Below, piece after piece: positions 30,935 through 44,948 of a stretch of DNA of 64,000 nucleotides. This DNA comes from Nannocystales bacterium (GTDB lineage: Bacteria; Myxococcota_A; Polyangia; Nannocystales; Nannocystaceae). The DNA is taken from positions 160,001 to 224,000 of the forward strand of contig JBOEGF010000013.1 in the NCBI GenBank assembly GCA_050633305.1, in the 5' to 3' direction. The position numbers and the translations under genes are program-made. The notes under the pieces are model-generated. The model did no database searches and had not been told where the DNA came from. It saw only the letters and a list, made by a program, of their open reading frames with translations. Every line of letters starts with the position of its first letter. Within the stretch, counting starts at the first letter, position 1.

Positions 30935-32827
30935 CTAGTGGTCGATTTCTCCGGGGTAGCGGATCTCGATGAACCGGTCTTCGCCCACGTCCGCTCCGGA
31001 GAATGCAGCCGTTGTGCCGTCGGGCCACCGCACGTTGAGTTCGTAGTCGCAGGGGAAGTCACCCAGGCCGAAGTGCAGGGTCCGAGTGTCCTCGGAGTTG
31101 TACATACCCCGGCTGGACTTCTTCTCGCGCATCCGCTGCGTCCCATCCTCGGCGACCAACGAGACCCGAGTCCCAAATGCGTCGCGACTCACGGCGCTGC
31201 CGTCCCCCACCACCCGTACGGCAAGCCAACGGTTTTGGTGCCCGAGTTCGTTGCGGAGCAGGAAGTTTGGCCGCCCGCCACCGCGGTCACGGCCCCCGAC
31301 GAGCAGGTCGAGATCACCGTCGTGATCAATGTCGGCCCACGCGTGATTCTGGGCTCGCTTCACCCGGGCGAAGTCGGCCGTGTCATCGTTGATCCCGCTG
31401 CTGAGCCCAACGCTTCGGAACATCCCGTCGGGCTGCTGCCACGCAAGGCCGAACCATCCTTTTTGGTCGAGTTCGCTGTAGGCCTCCTCATACTTGTCTT
31501 CGCGCGACATCGAGATGTCCAACCGCCCGTCGTTGTCGAAGTCGACGAAGGCCCCATCAACGTCGCCCTCGTTGAAGGGGAGACCGGCGGCGAGCCAGCT
31601 GTTGGAGAACGCAAACCCGTCGTCCGCCCCCCCGTTGATCAGGAGCCGGCTAGGGTCCGACCATGTTCGTCCGTAGTCGCCCGCGGTCGCATGCGAGATG
31701 GCGATTGCGAGCACATCCAAGTCGCCGTCGTTGTCGACGTCCCCGCAGTCGATCCCAAATCCGTTGCTGCCCACGGCGGTCGAGGGTGTGGCGCCGGGCT
31801 CGTCGGCAAGGCCGTAGTCGGTCGCGGACATCCAGTAGTTTCCGGTCATCTCCGCCGCAAACCCACGCTCCACGCCCGTCTCGGTGAACAAGCCGGTCCC
31901 ATCCCCTTCCCACAGTCGGTTGTGGCCCAACGAGGTGCTCACCGAGTACGTCGAGACAAAGAGATCCAGGTCGAGGTCGTCGTCGAAGTCGCACGCGACG
32001 CTTCCGTTGCTTGGTTGCGCCAGTGGAGGGTCCTGGAGCGCAGAGGTCATCTCGGTAAACGTGCCGTCGCCGTTGCCCGCGTACAGACGATCGGGGGCTG
32101 CAAACGATGTCCCGCCGAAGCCGACAAACAGGTCCACGATCGCGTCTCCGTTGAAGTCGCCAAAGCTGGCGTTGGCCGCCGCGTCGGACCCTGTCGCGAC
32201 GCCAGCATCGGGAACCTCGGCGAACACGCCGTTCCCATCGTTGAGATAGATGGCACTTCCAGCGTTGGCGAGCGAGGGCAAGTCCAACCCCGCGAACAGG
32301 TCTTGGTCCCCATCGTTGTCGACATCTGCGAACGCAAAAAACGCCGCTTGAACACCCCGAAGGCCCGAGGCATCGCTGACGTCCTCGAACGTTCCGTCGC
32401 CCGCATTTCGAAACACGAGGTGTTCGAATGGCACCCCAGCTTCCGCGTTGGGGAAGAGCGAATGCATGACGATGTCGTCGAACCCATCACCGTCGATGTC
32501 GGCAAACGCCAACCGACTGTGGTCGTTGATGACGGTGCCCTCCGGCGGGTCGGTCGAGAAGTTGCCAACCTGGATCCCCGACGACTCGCTCACGTCGGAG
32601 AAGAAGCCCGAGTCGGGCGTCACAGGTGCGCGCGCATCACACTCCGCGCCGGCGCCATCGCTTGACTCCGTCGCCGTCGCGACGCCTGCACCGGAGCTGC
32701 TCCCCATCGGTCCACTGCTGCTCGATGAGACCGAGTCCGTGCTCTGCGTGTTGCCGACGTCGCTCGGGGCGTCGTCGCCTCCGCAGCCGAGCCCCACAGC
32801 CATCAACGCAATCCAAACCCGAGACAT
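30935..32827 (-). CDS. CRTAC1-family lipoprotein (FG-GAP/VCBS repeats plus ASPIC/UnbV domain)
   Basis: Multiple DxDxDGDxDL repeats; C-terminal DAFGTRV...LHFGLG...VRWPDG. Confidence 0.9.
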   Translation of the reverse strand: MSRVWIALMAVGLGCGGDDAPSDVGNTQSTDSVSSSSSGPMGSSSGAGVATATESSDGAGAECDARAPVTPDSGFFSDVSESSGIQVGNFSTDPPEGTVINDHSRLAFADIDGDGFDDIVMHSLFPNAEAGVPFEHLVFRNAGDGTFEDVSDASGLRGVQAAFFAFADVDNDGDQDLFAGLDLPSLANAGSAIYLNDGNGVFAEVPDAGVATGSDAAANASFGDFNGDAIVDLFVGFGGTSFAAPDRLYAGNGDGTFTEMTSALQDPPLAQPSNGSVACDFDDDLDLDLFVSTYSVSTSLGHNRLWEGDGTGLFTETGVERGFAAEMTGNYWMSATDYGLADEPGATPSTAVGSNGFGIDCGDVDNDGDLDVLAIAISHATAGDYGRTWSDPSRLLINGGADDGFAFSNSWLAAGLPFNEGDVDGAFVDFDNDGRLDISMSREDKYEEAYSELDQKGWFGLAWQQPDGMFRSVGLSSGINDDTADFARVKRAQNHAWADIDHDGDLDLLVGGRDRGGGRPNFLLRNELGHQNRWLAVRVVGDGSAVSRDAFGTRVSLVAEDGTQRMREKKSSRGMYNSEDTRTLHFGLGDFPCDYELNVRWPDGTTAAFSGADVGEDRFIEIRYPGEIDH

Positions 32828-33123
32828 GAACCATGGTCGCGTAAAACTCCGCCTGGCGGGTGCCCTGTCCCTGATTTCAATCCCAGGGCTGACCCCAGGT
32901 GCCGGTGTATGTCGGACGTCTGCTTCGGCACCGATCACCTACACGACAACTTGGCAGCCTGGAGCGGCACAGATGTCTGCGAGTGCAAACCCCGGGAGAA
33001 TTTCGTCCGTGGACCGCTGTGGAATCGAGCGTTCGTCCATCGCGCCTGCGGGAGGCGGACGTGCGCGGGTCCACCAAATCAACATGTGCAGAGATCAGCC
33101 CGATCTCGCATAATCGACGGCGA

Positions 33124-34707
33124 ATGGGGCACCCAAACGGGCAGGGCGGAGCCGTCGTCGGGATCGACCTCGGCACGACGAACTCCGTAGTGGCGACCGT
33201 GCTGGACAACTCCGTCGAGGTCATCCGCGACCGCAACGGCACCGGCTTGGTCCCCTCTGCCGTCGCGTTCGTGCCCAACGGCGAAACGCTCGTCGGCCGG
33301 CGGGCCCGCGAGCGTGCCTTGCTCGACCCCCAGAACACGATCTCCTCGGCCAAGCGCATCATCGGGCGCCCCTGCTCCTCCCCGGAGACCCAGCACATCA
33401 TCGGGCAGCTGCCCTACATGGTGTCCCCAGGGCAGAACGACGAGGCGATCATCCACACCCGGGCGGGCGAGGTCTCTGTCATCGAGATCTCGACGAGGAT
33501 CCTCGCGCACTTGCGCGCGGGCGCCGAACAGAGAATCGGGCAACCCGTGACCGGCTGCGTGGTGACGGTGCCCGCGAACTTCTCCGACGGACAACGCGAG
33601 GCCACGCGGCGAGCGGCAGTGGGTGCAGGGATGTCCGTCCTGAGAATCTTGAACGAGCCCACGGCCGCTGCGGTCGCGCTCGCCCTCGGTGGCGAAGGCT
33701 ACCGCCGCATCGGCGTGTTCGACCTCGGAGGAGGCACGTTCGACTTCACCGTCCTCGCGGTGCACAACGGCCTCTTCGAGGTCCTCGCAACCGGGGGAGA
33801 GCCCTACCTCGGGGGTGACGACTTCGATGCTCTCCTTGCCGACCGGTTCGCGGACGGATTCCTCCGTCAGTATCGACTCGATCTCAACGCCGACCCGAAC
33901 GCACGCGCAAGGCTCCTCGCCGCCGCTCAGAAGGCCAAAGTCTCGCTCTCCGAGCAGGGCATGCTCGATGGGGTCATCCAAGACATCGCCTACGGTGTGG
34001 ACGGCCGCGAACTCTCCCTCCACTACAGCATCTCGCGAGCCGACTTTGAGGCCCTCATCGCCCAACAGATCGACCGTGCGATGGAGACGACCAAACAAGT
34101 GCTGGCGGAGGCCGGCCTTCGGCCCAGAGACATCAACGAAGTCGCGTTGGTTGGCGGCTCAACCCAGATTCCATTGGTACGGCGCCGGGTCACGCGGCTG
34201 TTTGGACGCGAGCCGAACACCACCGCCAACCCACTGGAGACCGTCGCCGTCGGTGCAGCCCTGCACGCGCATGCCCTGTGGACAGCATCCCAGGCCCCGC
34301 CAACGTCAGCCGCGCCGCCCGATGAGCCGGGGGTCGGCTTGCTGATGGACGTCACCTCGCACGCGCTGGGTGTGGCGACGGTGGGTGACAACGTTCAAAT
34401 CCTGATCGGCAAGAACACGACGATCCCCTGTGAAGGCAACCACATCTTCTCGACGGTGCGGGACAACCAGCAGCAAGTCACGATTCGGATCTGCCAAGGC
34501 GTCGCCCAGCGCTTCAGCGAGTCGGTCCTCTTGGGAGAGTTGCACCTGACCCACCTCCACCCAGCACCCCGTGGCGAGACCCAGGTGGCAGTCGAGTTCA
34601 TTGTCGACGCGAACGGCATCCTGCAGGTGAGCGCCCGCGACCTGGCGACGGGCCAACAGACCGGCGCAGTGCTCTCCGTGCGCGGCCTCCAACCTGCAGC
34701 AAGATGA
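33124..34707 (+). CDS. Hsp70-family protein, short and lacking the C-terminal lid
   Basis: GIDLGTTNS, TVPANF, ILNEPTAAA, FDLGGGTFD, LVGGSTQIP, F-IVDANGILQVSA; ends about 527 aa. Confidence 0.92.
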   Translation: MGHPNGQGGAVVGIDLGTTNSVVATVLDNSVEVIRDRNGTGLVPSAVAFVPNGETLVGRRARERALLDPQNTISSAKRIIGRPCSSPETQHIIGQLPYMVSPGQNDEAIIHTRAGEVSVIEISTRILAHLRAGAEQRIGQPVTGCVVTVPANFSDGQREATRRAAVGAGMSVLRILNEPTAAAVALALGGEGYRRIGVFDLGGGTFDFTVLAVHNGLFEVLATGGEPYLGGDDFDALLADRFADGFLRQYRLDLNADPNARARLLAAAQKAKVSLSEQGMLDGVIQDIAYGVDGRELSLHYSISRADFEALIAQQIDRAMETTKQVLAEAGLRPRDINEVALVGGSTQIPLVRRRVTRLFGREPNTTANPLETVAVGAALHAHALWTASQAPPTSAAPPDEPGVGLLMDVTSHALGVATVGDNVQILIGKNTTIPCEGNHIFSTVRDNQQQVTIRICQGVAQRFSESVLLGELHLTHLHPAPRGETQVAVEFIVDANGILQVSARDLATGQQTGAVLSVRGLQPAAR

Positions 34708-35231
34708 CCGCATACGCCGAAGCTTTCTGGACGCGGGTCATGGAACTCGCGAAGACCCTCGATGCGATGTCGTACTACCAACTGCTCGACGTCGACGTCG
34801 CCTCGCCCCGCGAAGTGATCGAACAGGCGTACTATCGACGGGCCCGTAATATCCATCCCGACCGTCACGCGTACGAGACGGATCCCGGCCGCAAACACGC
34901 GCTGGTTCGGCTGTACGCGCGTTTTGGCGAAGCTTTTCGAGTGTTGCGCGACCCCACTCTGCGCTCGTTGTACGAGGCCGAACTCGCAGCAGGTCGAACT
35001 CGGCTGAGCAAAGACGCTGAGCAAGCATCGCGACTGCAGGACACGAGTCCCGACCCCCGGACCCCGCACGCCGCGAAACTCCTGGAGACGGCAAACACCC
35101 TCATCGCTGCGGGCAACATCGACGGAGGACGTGCACAGCTCGAACTCGCGGCACAGTTCGAGCCCGACTCATCGGCCATTCGACGGGCCCTCGTGGCGTG
35201 CGACGAGGCTGGGCGACGCTCCGGGAACTAG
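34704..35231 (+). CDS. J-domain co-chaperone with C-terminal TPR-like helices
   Basis: YYQLLDV...AYYRRARNIHPDR...AFRVLRDP..R..Y; ATGA overlap with the Hsp70 gene. Confidence 0.88.
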   Translation: MTAYAEAFWTRVMELAKTLDAMSYYQLLDVDVASPREVIEQAYYRRARNIHPDRHAYETDPGRKHALVRLYARFGEAFRVLRDPTLRSLYEAELAAGRTRLSKDAEQASRLQDTSPDPRTPHAAKLLETANTLIAAGNIDGGRAQLELAAQFEPDSSAIRRALVACDEAGRRSGN

Positions 35232-35333
35232 GCCCGCGACGGGCCGGTCGTGTCACCGGATTGTCACGGACTTTCGGCCCATCCGGTGTGGTCATCGATG
35301 CGAGCGTCAGCTCTGGCATTGCGAGCACACCCG

Positions 35334-36077
35334 ATGGCATCACTTCTTCCGTCAGTATGGTCCGTTCCTGAGATCTTCCACGAACGACTGGGAACCTCGG
35401 TTGGCCGACAGCGCCTCATGGCCCACGAGGGGCATCTGCTCCTCATCCTCCACGAGGTCCCGGAGCCGGGGGTCCCCGAGCGCCAAGGCGTCGTCTTCTG
35501 GCGAGCCCCTTCTGGGAAGTGGAGCACCAACGTTCGAGGCAACGGATTGACCGAACTTCGAGCTTTGGTCACGCGCTACATCGACAGAGTCGACGCCCTC
35601 GAGTCCGCATTCGCGGCGGCGAACTCGGTCGAGAGACTGTTTCCAGTACTGCGGGCCGCCACCCCGATCGAGCGCTCCTGCAGACTCATGCACGGGGTCC
35701 TTCAGGCCGCACGGGAAGCCCAACGGAAGGACCGCGACATCATCAACATCCGGGACCTCGCCGGTGAGGTCGTGCGTGCCGCAGAGCTGCTCAACACCGA
35801 GGCACGGACCGCCCTGGAGTTCGACATCGCCGAGAGCGCGGAGGCGCAAGCGAAAGCGAACCGCGCACTCGCGGAGGCGGGACAGCGGCTCAACCTCTTG
35901 GCTGCCGTGTTCCTTCCGCTGACCGCGCTCGCCTCCGCCTTCGGCATGAACCTCCCCAGCGGGCTCGAGAACGTCGCGAGCCCGATGTTGTTCTGGTTCG
36001 TGCTCATCGTCGGCATTACGGTTGGGATGCTTGTCCGTGGCGGACTCAACCGCCGGAATCCGGGCTCGGCGAGCTGA
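35334..36077 (+). CDS. CorA-like divalent cation transporter family protein (short)
   Basis: RLNLLAAVFLPLTALASAFGMN (GMN signature) plus a second TM helix. Confidence 0.75.
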   Translation: MASLLPSVWSVPEIFHERLGTSVGRQRLMAHEGHLLLILHEVPEPGVPERQGVVFWRAPSGKWSTNVRGNGLTELRALVTRYIDRVDALESAFAAANSVERLFPVLRAATPIERSCRLMHGVLQAAREAQRKDRDIINIRDLAGEVVRAAELLNTEARTALEFDIAESAEAQAKANRALAEAGQRLNLLAAVFLPLTALASAFGMNLPSGLENVASPMLFWFVLIVGITVGMLVRGGLNRRNPGSAS

Positions 36078-36150
36078 TGCTCGAGCAGGCGGCCGCCTCA
36101 AGCAGGAGGTCGCCTGGGCCGTGCCCGCCAATTTGCGGTAGATTCGGCCC

Positions 36151-36348
36151 ATGAACGCCGGGCAGAAAGACGAACCGGAGCCGCACGTGCACGGCCCGAA
36201 CTGCAACCACGACCACGACCACCATCACCACCACCACGCGCACCAAGAGCCGGCACGACGGGCCGAGCGCCCCGGTCGCAACGACCCCTGCTGGTGTGGA
36301 AGCGCAGTCAAGTACAAGAAATGCCACCTGCAAAGCGACAGCGCGTAG
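36151..36348 (+). CDS. His-rich SEC-C motif small protein
   Basis: HVHGPNCNHDHDHHHHHHAH and PGRNDPCWCGSAVKYKKCH. Confidence 0.85.
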   Translation: MNAGQKDEPEPHVHGPNCNHDHDHHHHHHAHQEPARRAERPGRNDPCWCGSAVKYKKCHLQSDSA

Positions 36349-36411
36349 GCGGTCGACTCGAACGACGTCGAGTTGTGGCGACGTTCTACACGTTGGCCTA
36401 AGCTGCCCGGC

Positions 36412-39333
36412 GTGGGCTTCGACGACAACACGCTGCCCATGGCAGCCTCGGAGGAGTCCGGTTCGCTACAAGCCGGGCAGCTGTTTGGGCGATACCTGAT
36501 CGTCGACCAGGTCGGGGCAGGCGGAGTCGGGGAGGTCTACGCAGCCTACGACCCGTCGCTCGATCGTCGCATCGCCCTCAAGGTCATCCGCGGGGCCGTT
36601 GACGACGACACCAGCCAGGGAGCTGCCGGCTTGGTACGTGAGGCCAAGGCCCTCGCCAGCCTCTCCCACCCCAACGTCGTGACCGTCCACGAAGTCGGAC
36701 AGGAGGACGAGCGGGTCTACGTCGCGATGGAGCTCGTCGACGGCCGAGATCTCGAACGCTGGATCGACGAGAACACCGCTCGGCCGTGGCGGGTCACGCT
36801 CGGCGTCTTCCTCGACGCGGGCCGGGGTCTTGCGGCGGCCCACGCTCGCGGAATCCTGCACCGAGACTTCAAACCCGCCAACGTCCTCATCGGGCACGAC
36901 GACTGGGTCCGAGTCTCGGACTTTGGGCTCGCCACGCTGCTCAGCAGCGACGACAAGCTCACGGTCTCACGTTCCGAAGACGAGTCCTCCTCGTCGACGG
37001 GCGAGGCTTCCAAGACCCTGGAGGGGGGCATGGTCGGCACGCCGTACTACATGGCGCCCGAACAGCTCGACGGCAACGCCACGGTCCGCAGCGACATCTA
37101 CGCGTTCTGTCTCGCCCTCCACGACGCGCTGTACGGCGTGCGCGCCTTCGAGGCGGACAGCTTGCTCGAGCTCGCCACGCTCAAGTCCACCCAGCCCCCC
37201 AGCGATCCTGGCAACACCCGTGCCGTGCCAACGTTGGTCCGCAGTGCGATCGAGCGCGGCCTACAGCCCGACCCAGGCGAACGATGGCCTTCAATGGACG
37301 CGTTGCTCGCGGAGCTTCAGCAAGCGTTGTCCCCGCCGACACGCTCGGCAGTGCCCTGGCTGCTGGGTCTTGGTGGCATCGCAGCGGGAGCGGCGTTTCT
37401 CGTCCAGAGCACTCCCGAACCCTGCACGGGCGCCGCAGAAGCGCTCGAACCCACCTGGAACTCGGCCCGCCGCGCAGCCGTCGCAACCGGGATCGCCGAG
37501 AGCACCTCGCCGATCGCCGCGGAGACCACCACCCGACTCGAGCCCAAGCTCGACGCGTTTGCCAACGCATGGACGCAAAGCCACTCTCGGGTCTGCGAAG
37601 CAACCCAGCGAGGCGAGCAATCCACCGTCCTGCTCGACCAGCGCATGAGCTGCCTGCAGCGACAACTGCTCGACTTCAATGCCGTCCTGGACGTCCTCGA
37701 GCAGGCGGATGCGCAAGTCGTCCGCCGAGCCATTCGCGTCGCCAGCACCCTCCCTCAACCCGCTCGCTGTGAGTCACAGCCCGCGGGGTCGGAGGCGGCA
37801 GAGGCTTCTCCTGCGCTCGAAAAGGCGCGAGCTCAACAAGCCCACATCGAAGCCCTCCTTGCAGCGGGGAAATACAGCGATGCGCAGCCGCTCGCTGAGG
37901 CCCTGCTTGAATCCTCCATCGCGCTGGAGGCCCCTCGGTTCCAGGGAGAAGTGCTCGTCACGTTGGGCAACAGCCTCAGCAACAACGGACGGCTGGACGA
38001 AGCCGTCAACACGCTGGAACGGGCCGCGTTTCAGGGCGTAGGCTCCAATGCCCCCAAGGTTGTGCTGGAGGCCGCCACCGTCCTGACTGTCGTCGAGAGC
38101 GAGGCCGGCCATCCAGATGCGGGACTCCGATGGTCCAGGCTCGCTGAGGCGACCTTGGAGTCCGCTGGTGGCCGCGATTCGGACCGCGCCGTTCACCACG
38201 CAAATCGGGCCGCAGCCTTCAGCCGCAAGGAAGACCACCAGGCTGCCGAGGCCGCAATTCGCAAGGCTCTCGAGTACAGCGACGACGTGACGGAGCAGCA
38301 GCGCGTGAACCTGCTGCAAACCCTCGCCGGTGTCCTCTTCTACCAGTCTCGATTCGACGAAGCGATCACCCACCAAGAGCAAGCTCTCGAGGAGCTCAAA
38401 TCGACGGTCGGCCAGGGCCACCCCGCGGTCGGGTTGGGCCTCTTCAACCTCGGAACGTTCTACATTTCGCAGGGGAAGTTCGCGCAGGGGGAGCAGCTCC
38501 TCGCCGACGCTCTCGAGATTCAAGAGCACAGCCTCGACCCGTATCACACCGACATTGCGGACACCCTCAACAGCATTGGCGCCTCCCTGTACCAGCAGTC
38601 GAAGTTTGAAGCTGCTGCGGTCCCTCTCGAACGGGCGCTCGAGATCAAGGCACGCGAACTCTCCGCGGACCACCCCCAGGTCCTCGACGCGAGCACCAAC
38701 GTTGCTCTTCTGATCGCCGAAAACGGCGAGCTGGACCGAGGTGTCACGATGCTCGAATCAGTCGTGCGCCGAATCGAAGAGTCGGAGGACACCCCTCCGA
38801 GCACACGCTCGTCAGCGTTCTTCAACTTGGCGCGCTTGTGGCAAAAGCAGGGCCGCCTCGACGAGGCTCAGGGTCTCCTCGAAAAAGTGCTCCGTATCGA
38901 TGAAGAACGACTTGGAGAAGACGCCCCGCAGCTCGCACCGCTGGTCATCGGACTCGGTGTGCTCCGGAAAGCGCAAGAGCGGCCCCAAGAGGCTCTCGCG
39001 CTCTATGAGCGAGCACTCGAGATTCAAAAAGGCACGCTCGAGCCGACGCACCCTGCGAACCTTGCCGTCCTGAACAACATCGCCGCGACTCACCTCGTGC
39101 TCGATGCGCCGCACAACGCCAAGGACGTCGCGGGCCAGCTGCTCGAAGCCAGCAAAGCACGCGAAGACTACATCGGGCGTGCCAAGTACCTACTCGCCCA
39201 GGCGCACCTCGCACTGGGCGAGCGAACCGAAGCGCGCAGACTCGGGCGCGAGGCATTGGTCCTGCACCGCGAACTCCCGGCGCTCGCCGACGAACTCACC
39301 GACATCGAAGCCTTCGTCGACAGGCTCGACTGA
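36412..39333 (+). CDS. Hanks-type Ser/Thr kinase with TM and TPR repeats
   Basis: GAGGVGEV, IALKVI, HRDFKPAN, DFGLA, GTPYYMAPEQ; kinesin-light-chain-like TPRs (HP..A..LNN). Confidence 0.93.
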   Translation: MGFDDNTLPMAASEESGSLQAGQLFGRYLIVDQVGAGGVGEVYAAYDPSLDRRIALKVIRGAVDDDTSQGAAGLVREAKALASLSHPNVVTVHEVGQEDERVYVAMELVDGRDLERWIDENTARPWRVTLGVFLDAGRGLAAAHARGILHRDFKPANVLIGHDDWVRVSDFGLATLLSSDDKLTVSRSEDESSSSTGEASKTLEGGMVGTPYYMAPEQLDGNATVRSDIYAFCLALHDALYGVRAFEADSLLELATLKSTQPPSDPGNTRAVPTLVRSAIERGLQPDPGERWPSMDALLAELQQALSPPTRSAVPWLLGLGGIAAGAAFLVQSTPEPCTGAAEALEPTWNSARRAAVATGIAESTSPIAAETTTRLEPKLDAFANAWTQSHSRVCEATQRGEQSTVLLDQRMSCLQRQLLDFNAVLDVLEQADAQVVRRAIRVASTLPQPARCESQPAGSEAAEASPALEKARAQQAHIEALLAAGKYSDAQPLAEALLESSIALEAPRFQGEVLVTLGNSLSNNGRLDEAVNTLERAAFQGVGSNAPKVVLEAATVLTVVESEAGHPDAGLRWSRLAEATLESAGGRDSDRAVHHANRAAAFSRKEDHQAAEAAIRKALEYSDDVTEQQRVNLLQTLAGVLFYQSRFDEAITHQEQALEELKSTVGQGHPAVGLGLFNLGTFYISQGKFAQGEQLLADALEIQEHSLDPYHTDIADTLNSIGASLYQQSKFEAAAVPLERALEIKARELSADHPQVLDASTNVALLIAENGELDRGVTMLESVVRRIEESEDTPPSTRSSAFFNLARLWQKQGRLDEAQGLLEKVLRIDEERLGEDAPQLAPLVIGLGVLRKAQERPQEALALYERALEIQKGTLEPTHPANLAVLNNIAATHLVLDAPHNAKDVAGQLLEASKAREDYIGRAKYLLAQAHLALGERTEARRLGREALVLHRELPALADELTDIEAFVDRLD

Positions 39334-39359
39334 GTACACTCGAGTCTCGGAGACCGAGT

Positions 39360-43808
<4,449 letters not shown>

Positions 43809-43898
43809 CGAGTGAGTGTGCCGGGTCCGGGGAAGCGGCGCCAGGGGCCTCCTGACACAGACTGTCAGCAGAGCGATGCCGGAGCTACACTGGTGGGG

Positions 43899-44465
43899 AT
43901 GTTTGCAGGGTGTCGTTGTCCACGGTGCTCGAACAGCACGCTCGCGGTTGCCACGATCGAGGGGCGCAAAGCGCTGGGCTGCCCCCACTGCTCTGGCGCA
44001 TTCGTCGGCGCCGACCTGGGCCTGCGCCTGCTCGCCGTGCTCTCCCCCGACGTCCCTCCTGCACGGGTCGGCATCCCCTCGCCCCCGTGTCCTGTGTGTC
44101 GCAAGGGCATGCGCCGGGTGGTCGCCGCGGGGCAGGATGTGGAGACCTGCAAGGTTCACGGGGTCTGGTTTGACGCGGGGGACCTTCGCCAACTGGTCGA
44201 AGCCGTCGCCGTGGCGCTTGGTAAACCCATTCCTGCGGTCGTCGAGACGCTCGAAGCGAAACAAAAATCCCCCCCGGCTGCCACTCCTGAACACAACCTC
44301 TCCGCCCCCTCTGGGCGGCGGGCTTCCGAGCCATCGGACCTCGAGATCGCGGGTGGCATTGTGGGCGAAGCGATCGACACCGTGCTCGAGCCGGTCGAAG
44401 CCGTCGCCGATGTTGTGCTCTTCCCGTTCCGCGTGGTTGGGTTGCTTAGCGAGCTGATCGACTAG
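43899..44465 (+). CDS. Double zinc-ribbon (zf-TFIIB-like) protein
   Basis: CPRC...CPHCSG and CPVC...ETCKVHGVWFDAGDL. Confidence 0.75.
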   Translation: MFAGCRCPRCSNSTLAVATIEGRKALGCPHCSGAFVGADLGLRLLAVLSPDVPPARVGIPSPPCPVCRKGMRRVVAAGQDVETCKVHGVWFDAGDLRQLVEAVAVALGKPIPAVVETLEAKQKSPPAATPEHNLSAPSGRRASEPSDLEIAGGIVGEAIDTVLEPVEAVADVVLFPFRVVGLLSELID

Positions 44466-44474
44466 CAACGCCCG

Positions 44475-44641
44475 CTAGAGCGCCGATCGGTTTGAAACGG
44501 TCTGCAGAGTGCGTCGCTGGGCGCTTTTGGCAAGGCGGGAGGCCGAAGGCGGACTGGAGGTCCGTCGAGCGCCGAGCAACGCAGCCAAAGGTGACCAGAG
44601 GGGTGCGTTGCAGGCCGAATTCAAACCGGTCGGCGCTCTAG
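44475..44641. mobile_element. Palindromic MITE-like element with CTAG at both ends
   Basis: Inverted repeat gctagagcgccgatcggtttgaa (44474-44496) / ttcaaaccggtcggcgctctagc (44620-44642), 1 mismatch; further inner imperfect IRs. Confidence 0.8.
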
Positions 44642-44730
44642 CAGAACACACGCTCTGCAATCTACGGCGATACGCGGTGGGCGTGGCTCCGCTCCATCGC
44701 ACGGAGGCCCGGGTGAAGTTGGACGCATTC
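44638..44730 (-). pseudogene. Displaced duplicate of the araC 3' end (left direct repeat)
   Basis: Encodes NASNFTRASVRWSGATPTAYRRRLQSVCSA versus NASNFTRAFVRWSGATPTAYRRRLQSACSA in the intact gene. Confidence 0.85.
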
Positions 44731-44778
44731 TGGATCCGCCAACGCCTGACGCATTCTGGATCCGCCAACGCTTGACGC
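44722..44778. repeat. 26-bp tandem duplication at the inner edge of the left direct repeat
   Basis: gacgcattctggatccgccaacgc(c/t)t twice, followed by gacgc. Confidence 0.85.
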
Positions 44779-44948
44779 GTCCCGGGAAAGCGCTCCAAAC
44801 ACCCGTTTGGAGGCAGTTAGCGTGGACTTGCGCCTACAATGACGCATCTCAAATACGACATACTGTCGCATCTTGAGCGATTTCGCGACCTTCACCTGCG
44901 GCCCTTCGAATTGCTTGGGACACTCCGGCGGGTCGCGGCAATACAGAG

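Noticed and set aside
30911..32665. 584-aa plus-strand ORF
   Set aside because: Antisense shadow of the CRTAC1-family gene, typical of high-GC DNA.
43809..44468. N-terminal extension of Lhr in the ORF track
   Set aside because: It is the antisense of the zinc-ribbon gene; Lhr similarity begins at 43808.
44722..44778. Possible CRISPR repeat
   Set aside because: Only two adjacent copies, no spacers, and no cas genes in the window.
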